The notes: generated by a model from the sequence alone, not told the origin. 64,000 bases of DNA from Cytophagales bacterium (GCA_013298505.1 JAAFHY010000003.1:35733-99732); one strand, 5' to 3'. Shown: positions 19,749-29,971, counted from the stretch's first letter. Translations and numbers: made by a program.

Positions 19749-20318
19749 CTATTTGATCATGATTCTTTCGGGAACCAGAATGGCACTACTAAAAACACGT
19801 TTCAACCGAAGCAGATCTTTTTGTGCTTCTAGCTTCGTAAAGTATTTACCAACCGTTACTCGAAATTTGGGCTGCAAATATTGGATGGGATTCGCTTTTA
19901 GATCGGTAATCGACTCTGACATTTTTGTGGTGGCTCTCATCGCATCTTCACGTTTTTGGCCTGAGTAAATTTGGATGGTGAAGCCATCTACAAACCTTCT
20001 GGTTAAATTAAAACGATCGATGCTATCTAAGATGGCATCTACTTTTGTGTTCACGGTGTACTTTGGATCAATCGGCTCAACGTGCTGCTTTACGGCTATA
20101 GAATCCTTTATTTTTAGTTGAGTTGATTTTACTTTTGGCCTAAGTGATGAAAGATCTTCGTAGTAAGGTGTTGATTTTTGTGCTTGGCATGATGTGAGTA
20201 GCAAAAAGAATATAGAAGTCAGTATATAGAAGTCAGAATTACGTGTAATCGAAATTATATGCCGCGAATTCTCGATTCTGACTTCTAACTTCTGACTTCT
20301 AGTTTCTGTTTTTCTCAT
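19749..20318 (-). CDS. SPOR-domain lipoprotein
   Basis: Lipobox LLTSC; C-terminal GFTIQIYSG...PKFRVTVGKYFTKLEAQ; ATGA overlap with secA stop. Confidence 0.8.
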   Translation of the reverse strand: MRKTETRSQKLEVRIENSRHIISITRNSDFYILTSIFFLLLTSCQAQKSTPYYEDLSSLRPKVKSTQLKIKDSIAVKQHVEPIDPKYTVNTKVDAILDSIDRFNLTRRFVDGFTIQIYSGQKREDAMRATTKMSESITDLKANPIQYLQPKFRVTVGKYFTKLEAQKDLLRLKRVFSSAILVPERIMIK

Positions 20319-23300
20319 GGCTCAATAACAATACATCGTCCTGCCAAAATATCGTCTTCTACTTTTTTGTATTTCACATCTTTCATAACGGTACCATTTT
20401 GATATTGAACGGTAACCTTATCGTTTCTTCCGGCTAGTTTTTCTGATTTTACGGGCATTACTTTTTCTTCGCTCCGCTGTTGCTCTGGTGCCGATGTGCT
20501 ACCTTCTTGTAACAACGATTTTGATTCTTCTTTTTGCTCGCTTAGTTTTTGTTTTTTCTGAGTGCGCGCCTCGTGTACCTGATCCGAACTTTGAATAGGT
20601 ATGTCGGCTTTCATTAAAAAAGAAACGGTTTCACCATTTACTTTGGCAATAAATTTTTTAAAGGCTTCAAATCCTTCGAACTTATAAATCAAGAGCGGAT
20701 CTTTCTGCTCGTACACCGCATTTTGAACGGATTGCTTTAAGTCGTCCATATCGCGTAAGTGCTCTTTCCATTGCTGGTCGATGATGGCCAGCGTAATCAT
20801 TTTCTCCATCGACTTAACCAACTCACCATTCTTAGTATCGATGCAGCTTTTCAGGTTGGCGGCCACTTCTATTTGTTTTATCCCATCTGTAAAGGGCACG
20901 GAAATATTTTGGATCACAGCGCCTCGCGTTTTATACAAATCAGTTATAATCGACATCGACTTATCTGCTGCCAATTTATTTTTGTGATTGTATTGCTTAA
21001 GCGCTTCTTCGTAAAGATTTTCGCTGGCTACGGCTTGATCAAGCTTACTAAATTCCTCGGCAGTAAGCGTTACGTTTACTCCAAGTGTGCTGAGCACGGC
21101 AAGCTTAAACTCTTCAAAATTCCCACCTGCCTTAGCGTTGACAACTAATTCTTCGCAGGTATCGAAAAGCATGGTGAGGATATCTAATTGCAATCGCTCG
21201 CCATACAATGCATTTTTTCTTCGCTTGTAAATTACTTCGCGTTGAGAATTCATGACGTTATCGTACTCTAATAAGCGCTTGCGTATACCGAAGTTGTTTT
21301 CTTCTACTTTTTTCTGCGCGCGCTCGATCGAACTGGTAACCATCGAGTGCGATATTACTTCGCCTTCTTTTAGTCCGAGTCGATCCATAATGCGAGCAAT
21401 GCGTTCGGGCATAAACAAGCGCATCAAATTGTCTTCAAGCGAAACATAGAATTGCGAAGAGCCTGGATCGCCTTGACGGCCTGATCGCCCGCGCAACTGT
21501 CTATCTACCCTTCTTGATTCATGTCGCTCGGTACCAATGATGGCCAAGCCACCTGCTGCCCTCGATTCTGGCGTAAGTTTAATATCAGTACCTCTACCAG
21601 CCATGTTGGTGGCAATGGTAACTGTTCCTGGCTTACCAGCTTCGGCCACGATTTCCGCTTCACGCTGATGCTGTTTTGCGTTTAGCACTTGGTGTTTTAT
21701 TTTCTTCATTGTAAGCAAGCGACTTACCAATTCAGAAATCTCGACTGATGTAGTTCCTACCAATACAGGTCTTCCGGCAGTTGTCAGTTTTACAATCTCC
21801 TCTACAACTGCATTGAATTTTTCGCGCATGGTTTTAAAAACCAAGTCGTCTTGATCTTTTCTGGTGGCTGGTTTGTTGGTAGGGATAACGACCACATCGA
21901 GTTTGTAAATGTCCCAAAGCTCGCCTGCTTCTGTTTCGGCTGTTCCGGTCATACCGGCCAGTTTGTGGTACATCCTAAAATAATTTTGAAGCGTAATGGT
22001 GGCGTAGGTTTGTGTAGCGTCTTCTACCTTCACATTTTCTTTTGCTTCGATGGCTTGGTGTAGGCCATCCGAGTATCTGCGCCCGTCTAATACACGACCT
22101 GTTTGCTCATCAACAATTTTTACTTTCCCGTCTACAATAATGTATTCTGTATCGCGCTCAAAAAGCGTGTAGGCTTTTAGTAGTTGGTTAACGCTGTGAA
22201 TGCGTTGCGATTTGGTGGTGTATTCGCGAATTAATTCTTCTTTCTTTTTATAGCGTTGCTCGTCTGCCAGCGATTGATCTTTTTCAATTTTATTGAGTTC
22301 GATGCCAATCTCAGGCAAAATAAAAAACTTTGGATCTTCCCCTTCGCCTGTAATAAGATCAATACCTTTTTCAGTAAGGTCTACGCTGTTGTCTTTTTCA
22401 TCTATAATAAAATAAAGAGGCGCATCGGCCACTGGCATTTCTTTTTTATTGTCTTGCAGGTGGAAGTTTTCTGTTTTTTGAAGGATGGCTTTATTGCCCA
22501 TCTCGCTCAGCATTTTTATGAGCGGTTTGTATTTGGGCATAGCGCGGTAAGCTCGAAACAACGCTAAGCCTCCATCCTTTTCTTGGCCATCGGCAAGTTG
22601 TTTTTTCGCATCGTTTAGGTATTGGTTGATTAATTTCTTTTGCGCTTCTACTAATTTATTGATGCGCGGTTTAAGATCGTAGAATTCATGCTCATCGCCC
22701 CGAGGTACTGGCCCAGAAATAATCAAGGGTGTTCTTGCCTCGTCAATCAACACGCTATCTACTTCATCTACCATGGCGTAGTGATGCCCACGCTGCACGA
22801 GTTCTTCGGTTTCGCGCGCCATGTTATCGCGTAGGTAGTCAAAGCCAAATTCGTTGTTGGTGCCGTAGCAAATATCGGCACGGTAGGCATTTCTTCGAGC
22901 CACTGAATTAGGCTCGTGTTTGTCAATGCAATCAACACTGATTCCATGAAATTGGAAGATGGGTCCCATCCACTCGCTATCGCGCTTTGCCAGGTAATCA
23001 TTTACCGTTACGATGTGCACACCGCGCCTTGCCAATGCATTTAAAAAAGCGGGGAATGTTGCCACTAAAGTTTTTCCTTCGCCTGTTGCCATTTCTGAAA
23101 CCTTGCCTTCGTGCAGGGCAATGCCGCCAATGATTTGGACATCGTAATGCACCATGTCCCAAGTCATCAGGTTGCCAGCCGCAATCCATTGCCTATGCCA
23201 GTGTGCTTTGTCGCCATTTATTTTTACATTTTGATGTTTGGCAGCAAGTTGCCTATCAAAATCGGTAGCGGTAACTTCAAGGTATTCGTTTTCTTTAAAA

Positions 23301-23662
23301 CGCCTGGCAGTTTCGCGCACAATAGCAAAGGCGCGGGGCAACACAGTCACTAAAACTTTTTCAAGTTCTTTGTTGCGCTCTTTTTCAAGTAGATCAATCT
23401 GATTGAAAATGGCTTCTTTGCTTGATAGATCCAGATCGGGTTGATCTTTAATTTGATTATGCAAATCGGCTAACTGGCCATCAATGGTGCTTAGCTTTTG
23501 ATTTATTTCTTCTTGAATGGTTGCGGTAAGATTTCGCAGTTCATCGTGCGAGATAGTCAGTAGCTTTTCGCCTTCTTGCTTTGTCGCCTCTACCAAAGGC
23601 ATCATGCGTTTAATATCTTTTTCAGACTTGGTGCCAAATAATTTGGCGATGAGTTTTAGCAT
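20315..23662 (-). CDS. secA: Preprotein translocase ATPase SecA
   Basis: MATGEGKT, YGTNNEFGFDYLRDNM, VDEVDSVLIDEARTPLIISG, RQLRGRSGRQGDPG; ATG 23662. Confidence 0.98.
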   Translation of the reverse strand: MLKLIAKLFGTKSEKDIKRMMPLVEATKQEGEKLLTISHDELRNLTATIQEEINQKLSTIDGQLADLHNQIKDQPDLDLSSKEAIFNQIDLLEKERNKELEKVLVTVLPRAFAIVRETARRFKENEYLEVTATDFDRQLAAKHQNVKINGDKAHWHRQWIAAGNLMTWDMVHYDVQIIGGIALHEGKVSEMATGEGKTLVATFPAFLNALARRGVHIVTVNDYLAKRDSEWMGPIFQFHGISVDCIDKHEPNSVARRNAYRADICYGTNNEFGFDYLRDNMARETEELVQRGHHYAMVDEVDSVLIDEARTPLIISGPVPRGDEHEFYDLKPRINKLVEAQKKLINQYLNDAKKQLADGQEKDGGLALFRAYRAMPKYKPLIKMLSEMGNKAILQKTENFHLQDNKKEMPVADAPLYFIIDEKDNSVDLTEKGIDLITGEGEDPKFFILPEIGIELNKIEKDQSLADEQRYKKKEELIREYTTKSQRIHSVNQLLKAYTLFERDTEYIIVDGKVKIVDEQTGRVLDGRRYSDGLHQAIEAKENVKVEDATQTYATITLQNYFRMYHKLAGMTGTAETEAGELWDIYKLDVVVIPTNKPATRKDQDDLVFKTMREKFNAVVEEIVKLTTAGRPVLVGTTSVEISELVSRLLTMKKIKHQVLNAKQHQREAEIVAEAGKPGTVTIATNMAGRGTDIKLTPESRAAGGLAIIGTERHESRRVDRQLRGRSGRQGDPGSSQFYVSLEDNLMRLFMPERIARIMDRLGLKEGEVISHSMVTSSIERAQKKVEENNFGIRKRLLEYDNVMNSQREVIYKRRKNALYGERLQLDILTMLFDTCEELVVNAKAGGNFEEFKLAVLSTLGVNVTLTAEEFSKLDQAVASENLYEEALKQYNHKNKLAADKSMSIITDLYKTRGAVIQNISVPFTDGIKQIEVAANLKSCIDTKNGELVKSMEKMITLAIIDQQWKEHLRDMDDLKQSVQNAVYEQKDPLLIYKFEGFEAFKKFIAKVNGETVSFLMKADIPIQSSDQVHEARTQKKQKLSEQKEESKSLLQEGSTSAPEQQRSEEKVMPVKSEKLAGRNDKVTVQYQNGTVMKDVKYKKVEDDILAGRCIVIEP

Positions 23663-23795
23663 AAAATAGTTAGTGTGAGCCTTGAAGTGATAATAGGCTT
23701 TAGGCAAATGCAAAAGGCAAATCTGCCTCCTGCGTATTGTCTGCTGCTTAGATTAGCATTTCTCGGGTTGTAAATTTAAGAATTTCGGGGTGCAA

Positions 23796-24569
23796 TTATA
23801 GTTCCAAGATGCCCTCAAACACCTTTTTGGCAGGGCCGATCAAATAAATATCGGTAAACGAGCCATCTTGACCTGATTTGAATTCTACACTCAACTCGCC
23901 ACCTAATGTTTTGATTTTTATGGGCGAGTGGTAGGCTCGGAGCGAAGAGGCTAAGGCGGCTGCAGTAACGCCTGTTCCGCACGATAGGGTTTCATCTTCT
24001 ACGCCACGCTCGTAGGTACGCACAAAAATGGTATTGTCAGAAAGTAACTCAACAAAATTTACATTGGTGCCGTTGGGCTTAAAGGTATCGCTGTAGCGGA
24101 TTTTTTTTCCTTCAGCTACAACTGGAAAATTTTTGGTGCTTTCTACCTCTTGAATAAAATGGGGAGACCCGGTATTGATGAATACGCCTTCGTTATTTTT
24201 TTTGACCTCTTTTACATCGTGCATTTTCAGCCGAACGATGCTATTGGGTAGCAACTCACCTTCGTGGATTCCGTCATAGGCATTGAATAACGTGTGGCCA
24301 TTGATCATGCCCAGCGAAGAGGCCATCTTCACAGCTGCACGGCTTCCGTTACCACACAAACTAGGGGAGCCATCGCTATTAAAGTAGATCAAATCAAAAT
24401 CTAGTGTTGGGTGCTTTTCGATCAGTATTAGTCCGTCTGCGCCTACCCCAAATTTCCGGTCGCAGATTTTTTTTACTTGATCGGCCGAAAAAGAATACGC
24501 CCCTTTACGATTGTCGACAATCACAAAGTCGTTGCCCGTTGCTTCGTATTTTTGGAATGGGATTTTCAT
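23796..24569 (-). CDS. dapF: Diaminopimelate epimerase
   Basis: GNDF, GVGADG, CGNGSR, TGSPH, RTYERGVEDETLSCGTG. Confidence 0.96.
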   Translation of the reverse strand: MKIPFQKYEATGNDFVIVDNRKGAYSFSADQVKKICDRKFGVGADGLILIEKHPTLDFDLIYFNSDGSPSLCGNGSRAAVKMASSLGMINGHTLFNAYDGIHEGELLPNSIVRLKMHDVKEVKKNNEGVFINTGSPHFIQEVESTKNFPVVAEGKKIRYSDTFKPNGTNVNFVELLSDNTIFVRTYERGVEDETLSCGTGVTAAALASSLRAYHSPIKIKTLGGELSVEFKSGQDGSFTDIYLIGPAKKVFEGILEL

Positions 24570-24640
24570 AGTTATTAGATACTGGATTCTAGATACTCGA
24601 TAATGAGCGAATGACAAGGATCAAGTATCGAGGATCAAAA

Positions 24641-24850
24641 TTACTTCACCTCTTCATAGTCAATATACTCTCCGCCTTTAATAGTGCCTTTAGTTTCTTT
24701 TTTCGGCTTCGGCTCTTGATTGGGTTGTGGCTGCCGTGGTGGATAATTTCTATTTTGAGAAGCAGCCCCCGCCCGAAAAAACAACCCGCCTACTTTATAG
24801 AAGATGTATGCTACTAAGCCTAAAATGATAAGAAACTTCATCTGTCTCAC
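24641..24850 (-). CDS. Small membrane protein, DUF4834-like
   Basis: N-terminal TM and C-terminal GEYIDYEEVK. Confidence 0.65.
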   Translation of the reverse strand: MRQMKFLIILGLVAYIFYKVGGLFFRAGAASQNRNYPPRQPQPNQEPKPKKETKGTIKGGEYIDYEEVK

Positions 24851-24980
24851 TTTTTAATAATGGCGGTAAAGATAGTGGTTTCGATATAAATCTTGTCGGT
24901 TACACTACATCTGTATTCTAAAACAAAACCCTAGCGTGTCTATTCCGTATGCTTTTCTTTGTTTTGTAAGATTTTCTAAC

Positions 24981-26600
24981 ATGAATACATCAAAATTACC
25001 ATGGTGGACTTGGATTGCACCGCTTTTCATATTTCAGTTGGGCTTATGGGTTTCTGACTTTTTTAAGACTGGCACAGAAATATCTTTATTTTATTTACCT
25101 ATCGCTTTTGGTATTCTATTGGTGCACTGGTGGGGGCCAAGAGTTGCTCTTGGGATGTTTTTGAGTTCTCTTATCAACTCAATTTTTTGGATGCAAACCC
25201 CACTATCGGTTTTATCAATTTTTCAAATCACCCATGGGTCAGTCTGTGTTTTGTTATCGTGGTACTTGTTTCGTTTGAAGGTAAAAGATGGCAATCACAT
25301 TAACGACATCAATAAACTATATTGGTTTATTCTGTTAGGGATTTTTATTCCAGTGCTGGCTAATTCATTGTACGAAATGACACCAGTCGAAAATCAACAG
25401 ACGCGCTTTAAAATGGTAATGCTGGTTTTGCTCCCTGATTTTATAACCAATTTTGCTTTTACATTGCCTGTCCTACTCTTCGCCACTCCATTTGTATCGC
25501 GAAACGACATGACGCTTTACAAAAACGACCATATTTTTTCACTAGAAGAATTTAGAAAGAAAAGAAGTTGGGTTGAGGTAATAGCGCTAATGATTGTGTT
25601 GCTTGGTTTGAGTTTAACGGTTCGTTTCGAGCAATATTGGTACATCTATGGAGTGGTGGCGATTTATGTGGCCATTCGATTTGGCTTTGAAGGTGCCTTA
25701 GGTGCTAACTTATATATTTTCATCATCACGTATATCTTGCCTATTGGCACTTCTATGAATAGAGAGGTTTACCAAGAGGCCAATGTGCTTAATGTGCACT
25801 TGGGTATGTGCATGCTTTATCTTTCGGCTACCGTAATGGGACGCGTAATGAGCGATGTACGTAAAACGCGCAAGGAGTTGCAGCGCCACATCGAAGAGTT
25901 AGAGAAAACAAACAATCAGCTAAAACGAACCAACCAAGAACTGGATCGCTTTGTGTATAGCGTTTCGCACGATTTAAGTGCACCTTTAAAATCGGTAAAA
26001 GGATTGATTGGATTGAGTAAGTACGAAACGGATAGTAATGCATTGCATGATTACTTTGGAAAAATATTATCGAGCGTAAGCAAACTAGAAAAATTTATTT
26101 TAGAGATCCTGGATTACTCTCGCAATAATCGGATTGAAACTGTGCGCGAAAGAATAAATGTAAAGTCATTGATCGTAGAGATTTTGGAAAGTTTAGAGTA
26201 CATGGATAATCTAAAGAAAATAACAATCCATCTGCACGGCATAAAAAACGATTTTGTTTTTTCTGACCGCACAAGGCTTCGAGTGATTTTAACCAATTTG
26301 ATCGGCAACTCGATTAAGTATCACCGCTTTGTCGATAACCAACCAACTATTTCTATATCTACGCAGGTACACGAAAACAATTTTCTTCTATCGGTGGAAG
26401 ACAACGGAGAGGGAATGAATGAAACAGCGCAGAAGAGGGCTTTTGAAATGTTTTATCGTGGATCGGATAAATCAGAGGGATCTGGCTTAGGTTTATACAT
26501 TGCCAAAGAATCTGCTGGAAAAATAAAAGGATCATTAACACTGCAATCGGAAGAGGGCAAAGGCTCGTTGTTTACGTTAGTCCTTCCTATCGACAAATAA
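24981..26600 (+). CDS. MASE1-type membrane sensor histidine kinase
   Basis: Multi-TM N-terminus; HisKA FVYSVSHDLSAPL; HATPase NLIGNSIKY, DNGEGM, GSGLGL. Confidence 0.9.
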   Translation: MNTSKLPWWTWIAPLFIFQLGLWVSDFFKTGTEISLFYLPIAFGILLVHWWGPRVALGMFLSSLINSIFWMQTPLSVLSIFQITHGSVCVLLSWYLFRLKVKDGNHINDINKLYWFILLGIFIPVLANSLYEMTPVENQQTRFKMVMLVLLPDFITNFAFTLPVLLFATPFVSRNDMTLYKNDHIFSLEEFRKKRSWVEVIALMIVLLGLSLTVRFEQYWYIYGVVAIYVAIRFGFEGALGANLYIFIITYILPIGTSMNREVYQEANVLNVHLGMCMLYLSATVMGRVMSDVRKTRKELQRHIEELEKTNNQLKRTNQELDRFVYSVSHDLSAPLKSVKGLIGLSKYETDSNALHDYFGKILSSVSKLEKFILEILDYSRNNRIETVRERINVKSLIVEILESLEYMDNLKKITIHLHGIKNDFVFSDRTRLRVILTNLIGNSIKYHRFVDNQPTISISTQVHENNFLLSVEDNGEGMNETAQKRAFEMFYRGSDKSEGSGLGLYIAKESAGKIKGSLTLQSEEGKGSLFTLVLPIDK

Positions 26601-26703
26601 GCTTAGTTTCAAAAAAAGTACTTGCTTAGTGTATCCATTCCGTTAAAAGGGAGTATCGTATATAATTCTCTGTCAAGTAAATCTTAAATTGCCTTAAACC
26701 CCA

Positions 26704-29166
26704 ATGGCCATGTTTCGCAATTATATCAAAACGGCTTCTCGCAGTCTTTTTAAACAAAAAGTCTACACGATCATCAATATTGCAGGGCTTGCGGTAAGCA
26801 TTACATCGTGCTTGCTAATTGCCTTGTACGTAAAAAATGAACTTTCGTACGATCGCTTCTTTCCCAATGCAGATCGAATTTTTAAAATGTCATTAGAAAG
26901 AAAATATCCTAGTCACTCAACGTTTTATGCCTCTATCCCTCATTCTTACGCCACGGTAGTGCAACGCGATTTTCCCGAAGTAGAGAACACCATGCACATT
27001 GGCGGCTCAGGGAAAAACTCGAATATCAAGTACAAAGTAAGTGACACCGAAATCAAAACATTTGAAGAGGATTATTTTATGTTTTCTGATTCTGCTTTTT
27101 TCTCATTTTTTGATGTTGGCTTATTGAAAGGCGATAAAAAAACAGCTCTTGCATTACCAAATCAAGTGATTCTTTCTAAGACTACAGCCCATCGATACTT
27201 TGGGGAAGAAGAACCTATTGGTAAAGTTATCTCAGGAGATTTTGGCGAATTAAAAGTAACAGGTGTGTTTAACGATTTGCCATCGAATTCTCATTTGCGA
27301 TTTGATGCGATGGTTTCTTTTTCTGCTGCCGAATTTCGCAAAACAGAAAACTTTATCACGTTTGATTCTTATACCTATATCAAACTGAGGCCTGGGGCAT
27401 CAGCAAAAACATTGGAGGCAAAGTTTCCTAAAATGGTGGAGACATATGCTGCGGGTCAAATTGAGCGCGAGTTGAGGCAATCGTGGCGAGATTATAAAAA
27501 GGCCGGCAACGGGTATAGATATTTTTTGCAACCACTTACATCCATTCATTTAGATCCTACCAACTTAGAAGGCACAATCGCACCCAGTGGCAACCGAAAT
27601 CATGTATATGCTCTAATCTTTATTGCAACTCTCATTTTATTGATTGCTTGTATCAACTTTATGAATTTAGCTACCGCTCGTTCAGCCGAGCGTGCACGCG
27701 AGGTGGGGGTGCGCAAAGTGATGGGATCACTGAAGAGCCAATTAGTAACTCAATTTCTTACCGAGGCGATGCTTCTCTCATTCATTGGAACACTGCTCGC
27801 TATCTTGGGAGCTTATTTGTTATTGCCATCTTTCAATGCATTGGTTGGAAAAAATCTGCAATTTATTTTCGGAGCTAAAATTATTTTAGGGTTAATGGTT
27901 ATTGTGCTTTTAGTAGGATTGTTGGCTGGCCTTTATCCAGCATTTGTTTTGTCGAATTTCAATCCAGTAATGGTAATGAAGGGAAATTTTACAGGAAGCA
28001 CAAAAGGATCTTGGCTCCGCAATGGATTAGTTGTTTTTCAATTTATGATTTCTATTGTTCTTATTGTAAGCACCGTTATAGTTAGCAGGCAAATGGATTT
28101 CATTCAAATGAAAGACCTTGGCTTCGATAAAGAAAAAGTATTGATGATTGACCGTGCTTGGGCATTGAACAAAAATGGGGAAGTGTTTAAAGAAGAAATA
28201 AAAAAGTTGCCAGAAGTTATTGCCGTAACGGGTACTAGCTCACGCGTAGGCAATCGCGATGATGTTTTTGGGCAGATGTTTCAACCGCAGGGTACCAATG
28301 AAGTATTGACCGTTAAATCAATGGCGTTGGAAGATGACTTTGCGGAGATGATCGGCTTCAAACTAAAAGAAGGAAGATTTTTTAGCAAAGAAACTACCGA
28401 CTCCCTTCATATTCTTCTTAACGAATCGGCTATTAAGACACTCGGTTTGACCGGCCCAATCGGGAGGAAACTTTCCAACACCGATCTTTTTCAAGGAGAT
28501 TCACTGAAGTTCAAGACGCGACTCTTTACAATTATCGGGATCGTAAAAAATTTTCACTTTCAATCGTTACATGACGAGGTTACACCATTGGTCATGTTCA
28601 ATAAAGAGGTTTTTGGGCGCGATGTCAATTCAAATTATGTAGCTGTAAAACTAAAATCCAATAACGCTCAATCTGTACTGGCCACTATTGAAAGTAAGTG
28701 GAAGGAGTTAGCGCCAGAGCGGCCATTCCATTATGAATTTCTAGATGAAAATCTTCATCAGAGTTATGTGGAAGAACAACGGTCGGGAAAATTATTTTCT
28801 GTTTTTTCTGGCTTGGCCATTTTGATTGCTTGCGTGGGTTTATTTGGATTATCAGCCTACACAGCAAGCCTGCGCACCAAAGAGATTGGTATTCGCAAAG
28901 TAATGGGAGCTTCGGTAAGCAGCGTGCTTGTTTTGTTGTCGAAAGATTTTACCAAACTGGTTTTAATAGCTTTTTTATTGGCCACTCCACTAGCGTGGTG
29001 GATGATGAGCGAATGGCTAGGGGGCTTTGCTTACCGAATCGAATTGGGAATTGACTCGTTTGTTTTAGCAGGAGCGATTGCGATTTTGATCGCGTTACTT
29101 ACGGTTAGTTATCAGTCCATCAAGTCCGCTATTGCTAATCCGGTAAAATCGTTGAAGAGCGAATAA
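26704..29166 (+). CDS. ABC transporter permease, MacB/FtsX family
   Basis: FRNYIKTASRSL, INFMNLATARSAERAREVGVRK, RTKEIGIRKVMGAS, NPVKSLKSE. Confidence 0.93.
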   Translation: MAMFRNYIKTASRSLFKQKVYTIINIAGLAVSITSCLLIALYVKNELSYDRFFPNADRIFKMSLERKYPSHSTFYASIPHSYATVVQRDFPEVENTMHIGGSGKNSNIKYKVSDTEIKTFEEDYFMFSDSAFFSFFDVGLLKGDKKTALALPNQVILSKTTAHRYFGEEEPIGKVISGDFGELKVTGVFNDLPSNSHLRFDAMVSFSAAEFRKTENFITFDSYTYIKLRPGASAKTLEAKFPKMVETYAAGQIERELRQSWRDYKKAGNGYRYFLQPLTSIHLDPTNLEGTIAPSGNRNHVYALIFIATLILLIACINFMNLATARSAERAREVGVRKVMGSLKSQLVTQFLTEAMLLSFIGTLLAILGAYLLLPSFNALVGKNLQFIFGAKIILGLMVIVLLVGLLAGLYPAFVLSNFNPVMVMKGNFTGSTKGSWLRNGLVVFQFMISIVLIVSTVIVSRQMDFIQMKDLGFDKEKVLMIDRAWALNKNGEVFKEEIKKLPEVIAVTGTSSRVGNRDDVFGQMFQPQGTNEVLTVKSMALEDDFAEMIGFKLKEGRFFSKETTDSLHILLNESAIKTLGLTGPIGRKLSNTDLFQGDSLKFKTRLFTIIGIVKNFHFQSLHDEVTPLVMFNKEVFGRDVNSNYVAVKLKSNNAQSVLATIESKWKELAPERPFHYEFLDENLHQSYVEEQRSGKLFSVFSGLAILIACVGLFGLSAYTASLRTKEIGIRKVMGASVSSVLVLLSKDFTKLVLIAFLLATPLAWWMMSEWLGGFAYRIELGIDSFVLAGAIAILIALLTVSYQSIKSAIANPVKSLKSE

Positions 29167-29324
29167 ATTGGTTTCTAAGAATCCGAATACCCACTATCAT
29201 CGCGAAGCAAAGATGAGATAAGTCAAGAAAAAAGTAGTTCATGGAGATAGGTGAAGAACACCCAATATGGACAAGGAATAGAAACAACCAGCTATCTTTG
29301 GCTTAGTTGTTAAAAAAAGAATCT

Positions 29325-29653
29325 GTGAACATCTTATTCATTTGCAGTCGAAATCAATGGCGCAGCCCTACTGCCGAAACTATTTTTAAAGATAGACCTG
29401 GCATACAAGTTCGTTAGGCAGGCACAGCGAATAGCGCGCGCATTAGCGTATCCGAAAAAATGCTGCTATGGGCAGATTTAATTTTTGTGATGGAGAAAAA
29501 GCACAAAGGAATAATTACAGAGAAATTCTCATCAATTTGTTCCAAAAAAAAATGGTTGTGCTTGATATAGTTGATGAGTATCAATACTTGGATAATGAAC
29601 TAATTGAAATGTTGACGGTATCGATAGAGCCGTATTTAAAAGAATTCATTTGA
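29325..29653 (+). pseudogene. Low-molecular-weight protein tyrosine phosphatase pseudogene
   Basis: GTG 29325 gives VNILFICSRNQWRSPTAE (CX5R); in-frame TAG at 29415-29417 inside VR[S]AGT; continues WADLIFVMEKKH; frameshift near the 9-A run (~29545-29552) to VVLDIVDEYQYLDNEL; TATCTTTG at 29293-29300. Confidence 0.85.
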
Positions 29654-29788
29654 GGTCGAAGTGATGGAGACTTCCCAACCAAATTTTATAACCTTCTATC
29701 CGACAGCGCTGTTGGAGTTGACCGCATTCCAATACCAAGCATAATTGCAAAACAATCTATTAAAACAAATTAAGTCACCAAATGAAAT

Positions 29789-29971
29789 CATTAGTGTCCA
29801 GTTAAAATCAATCATTTACGCTAATCCCCATAGCTAAAATCAATGAATTTACACCGTGAAGATTTGAACTTTGGTTTTGCTCGGAGAAAAAAATTTATCG
29901 TGCATTCTGATGTATCTTAAGTGTTTTCTTTATAAAAAATTTGAAGTATTAAGTTTAACTGGACACTAATG
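29789..29971. mobile_element. 183-bp MITE (non-autonomous IS derivative)
   Basis: Perfect 18-bp TIRs CATTAGTGTCCAGTTAAA / TTTAACTGGACACTAATG; 9-bp direct repeats AAATGAAAT at 29780-29788 and 29972-29980. Confidence 0.85.

Noticed and set aside
23663-23795. secA 5' leader with a small hairpin and an upstream TTG in-frame extension
   Set aside because: Hairpin is short with G-U pairs and matches no motif I recognise; the extension is unsupported.
29468-29653. 61-aa ORF as an independent gene
   Set aside because: Its C-terminal half is the frameshifted tail of the LMW-PTP pseudogene.
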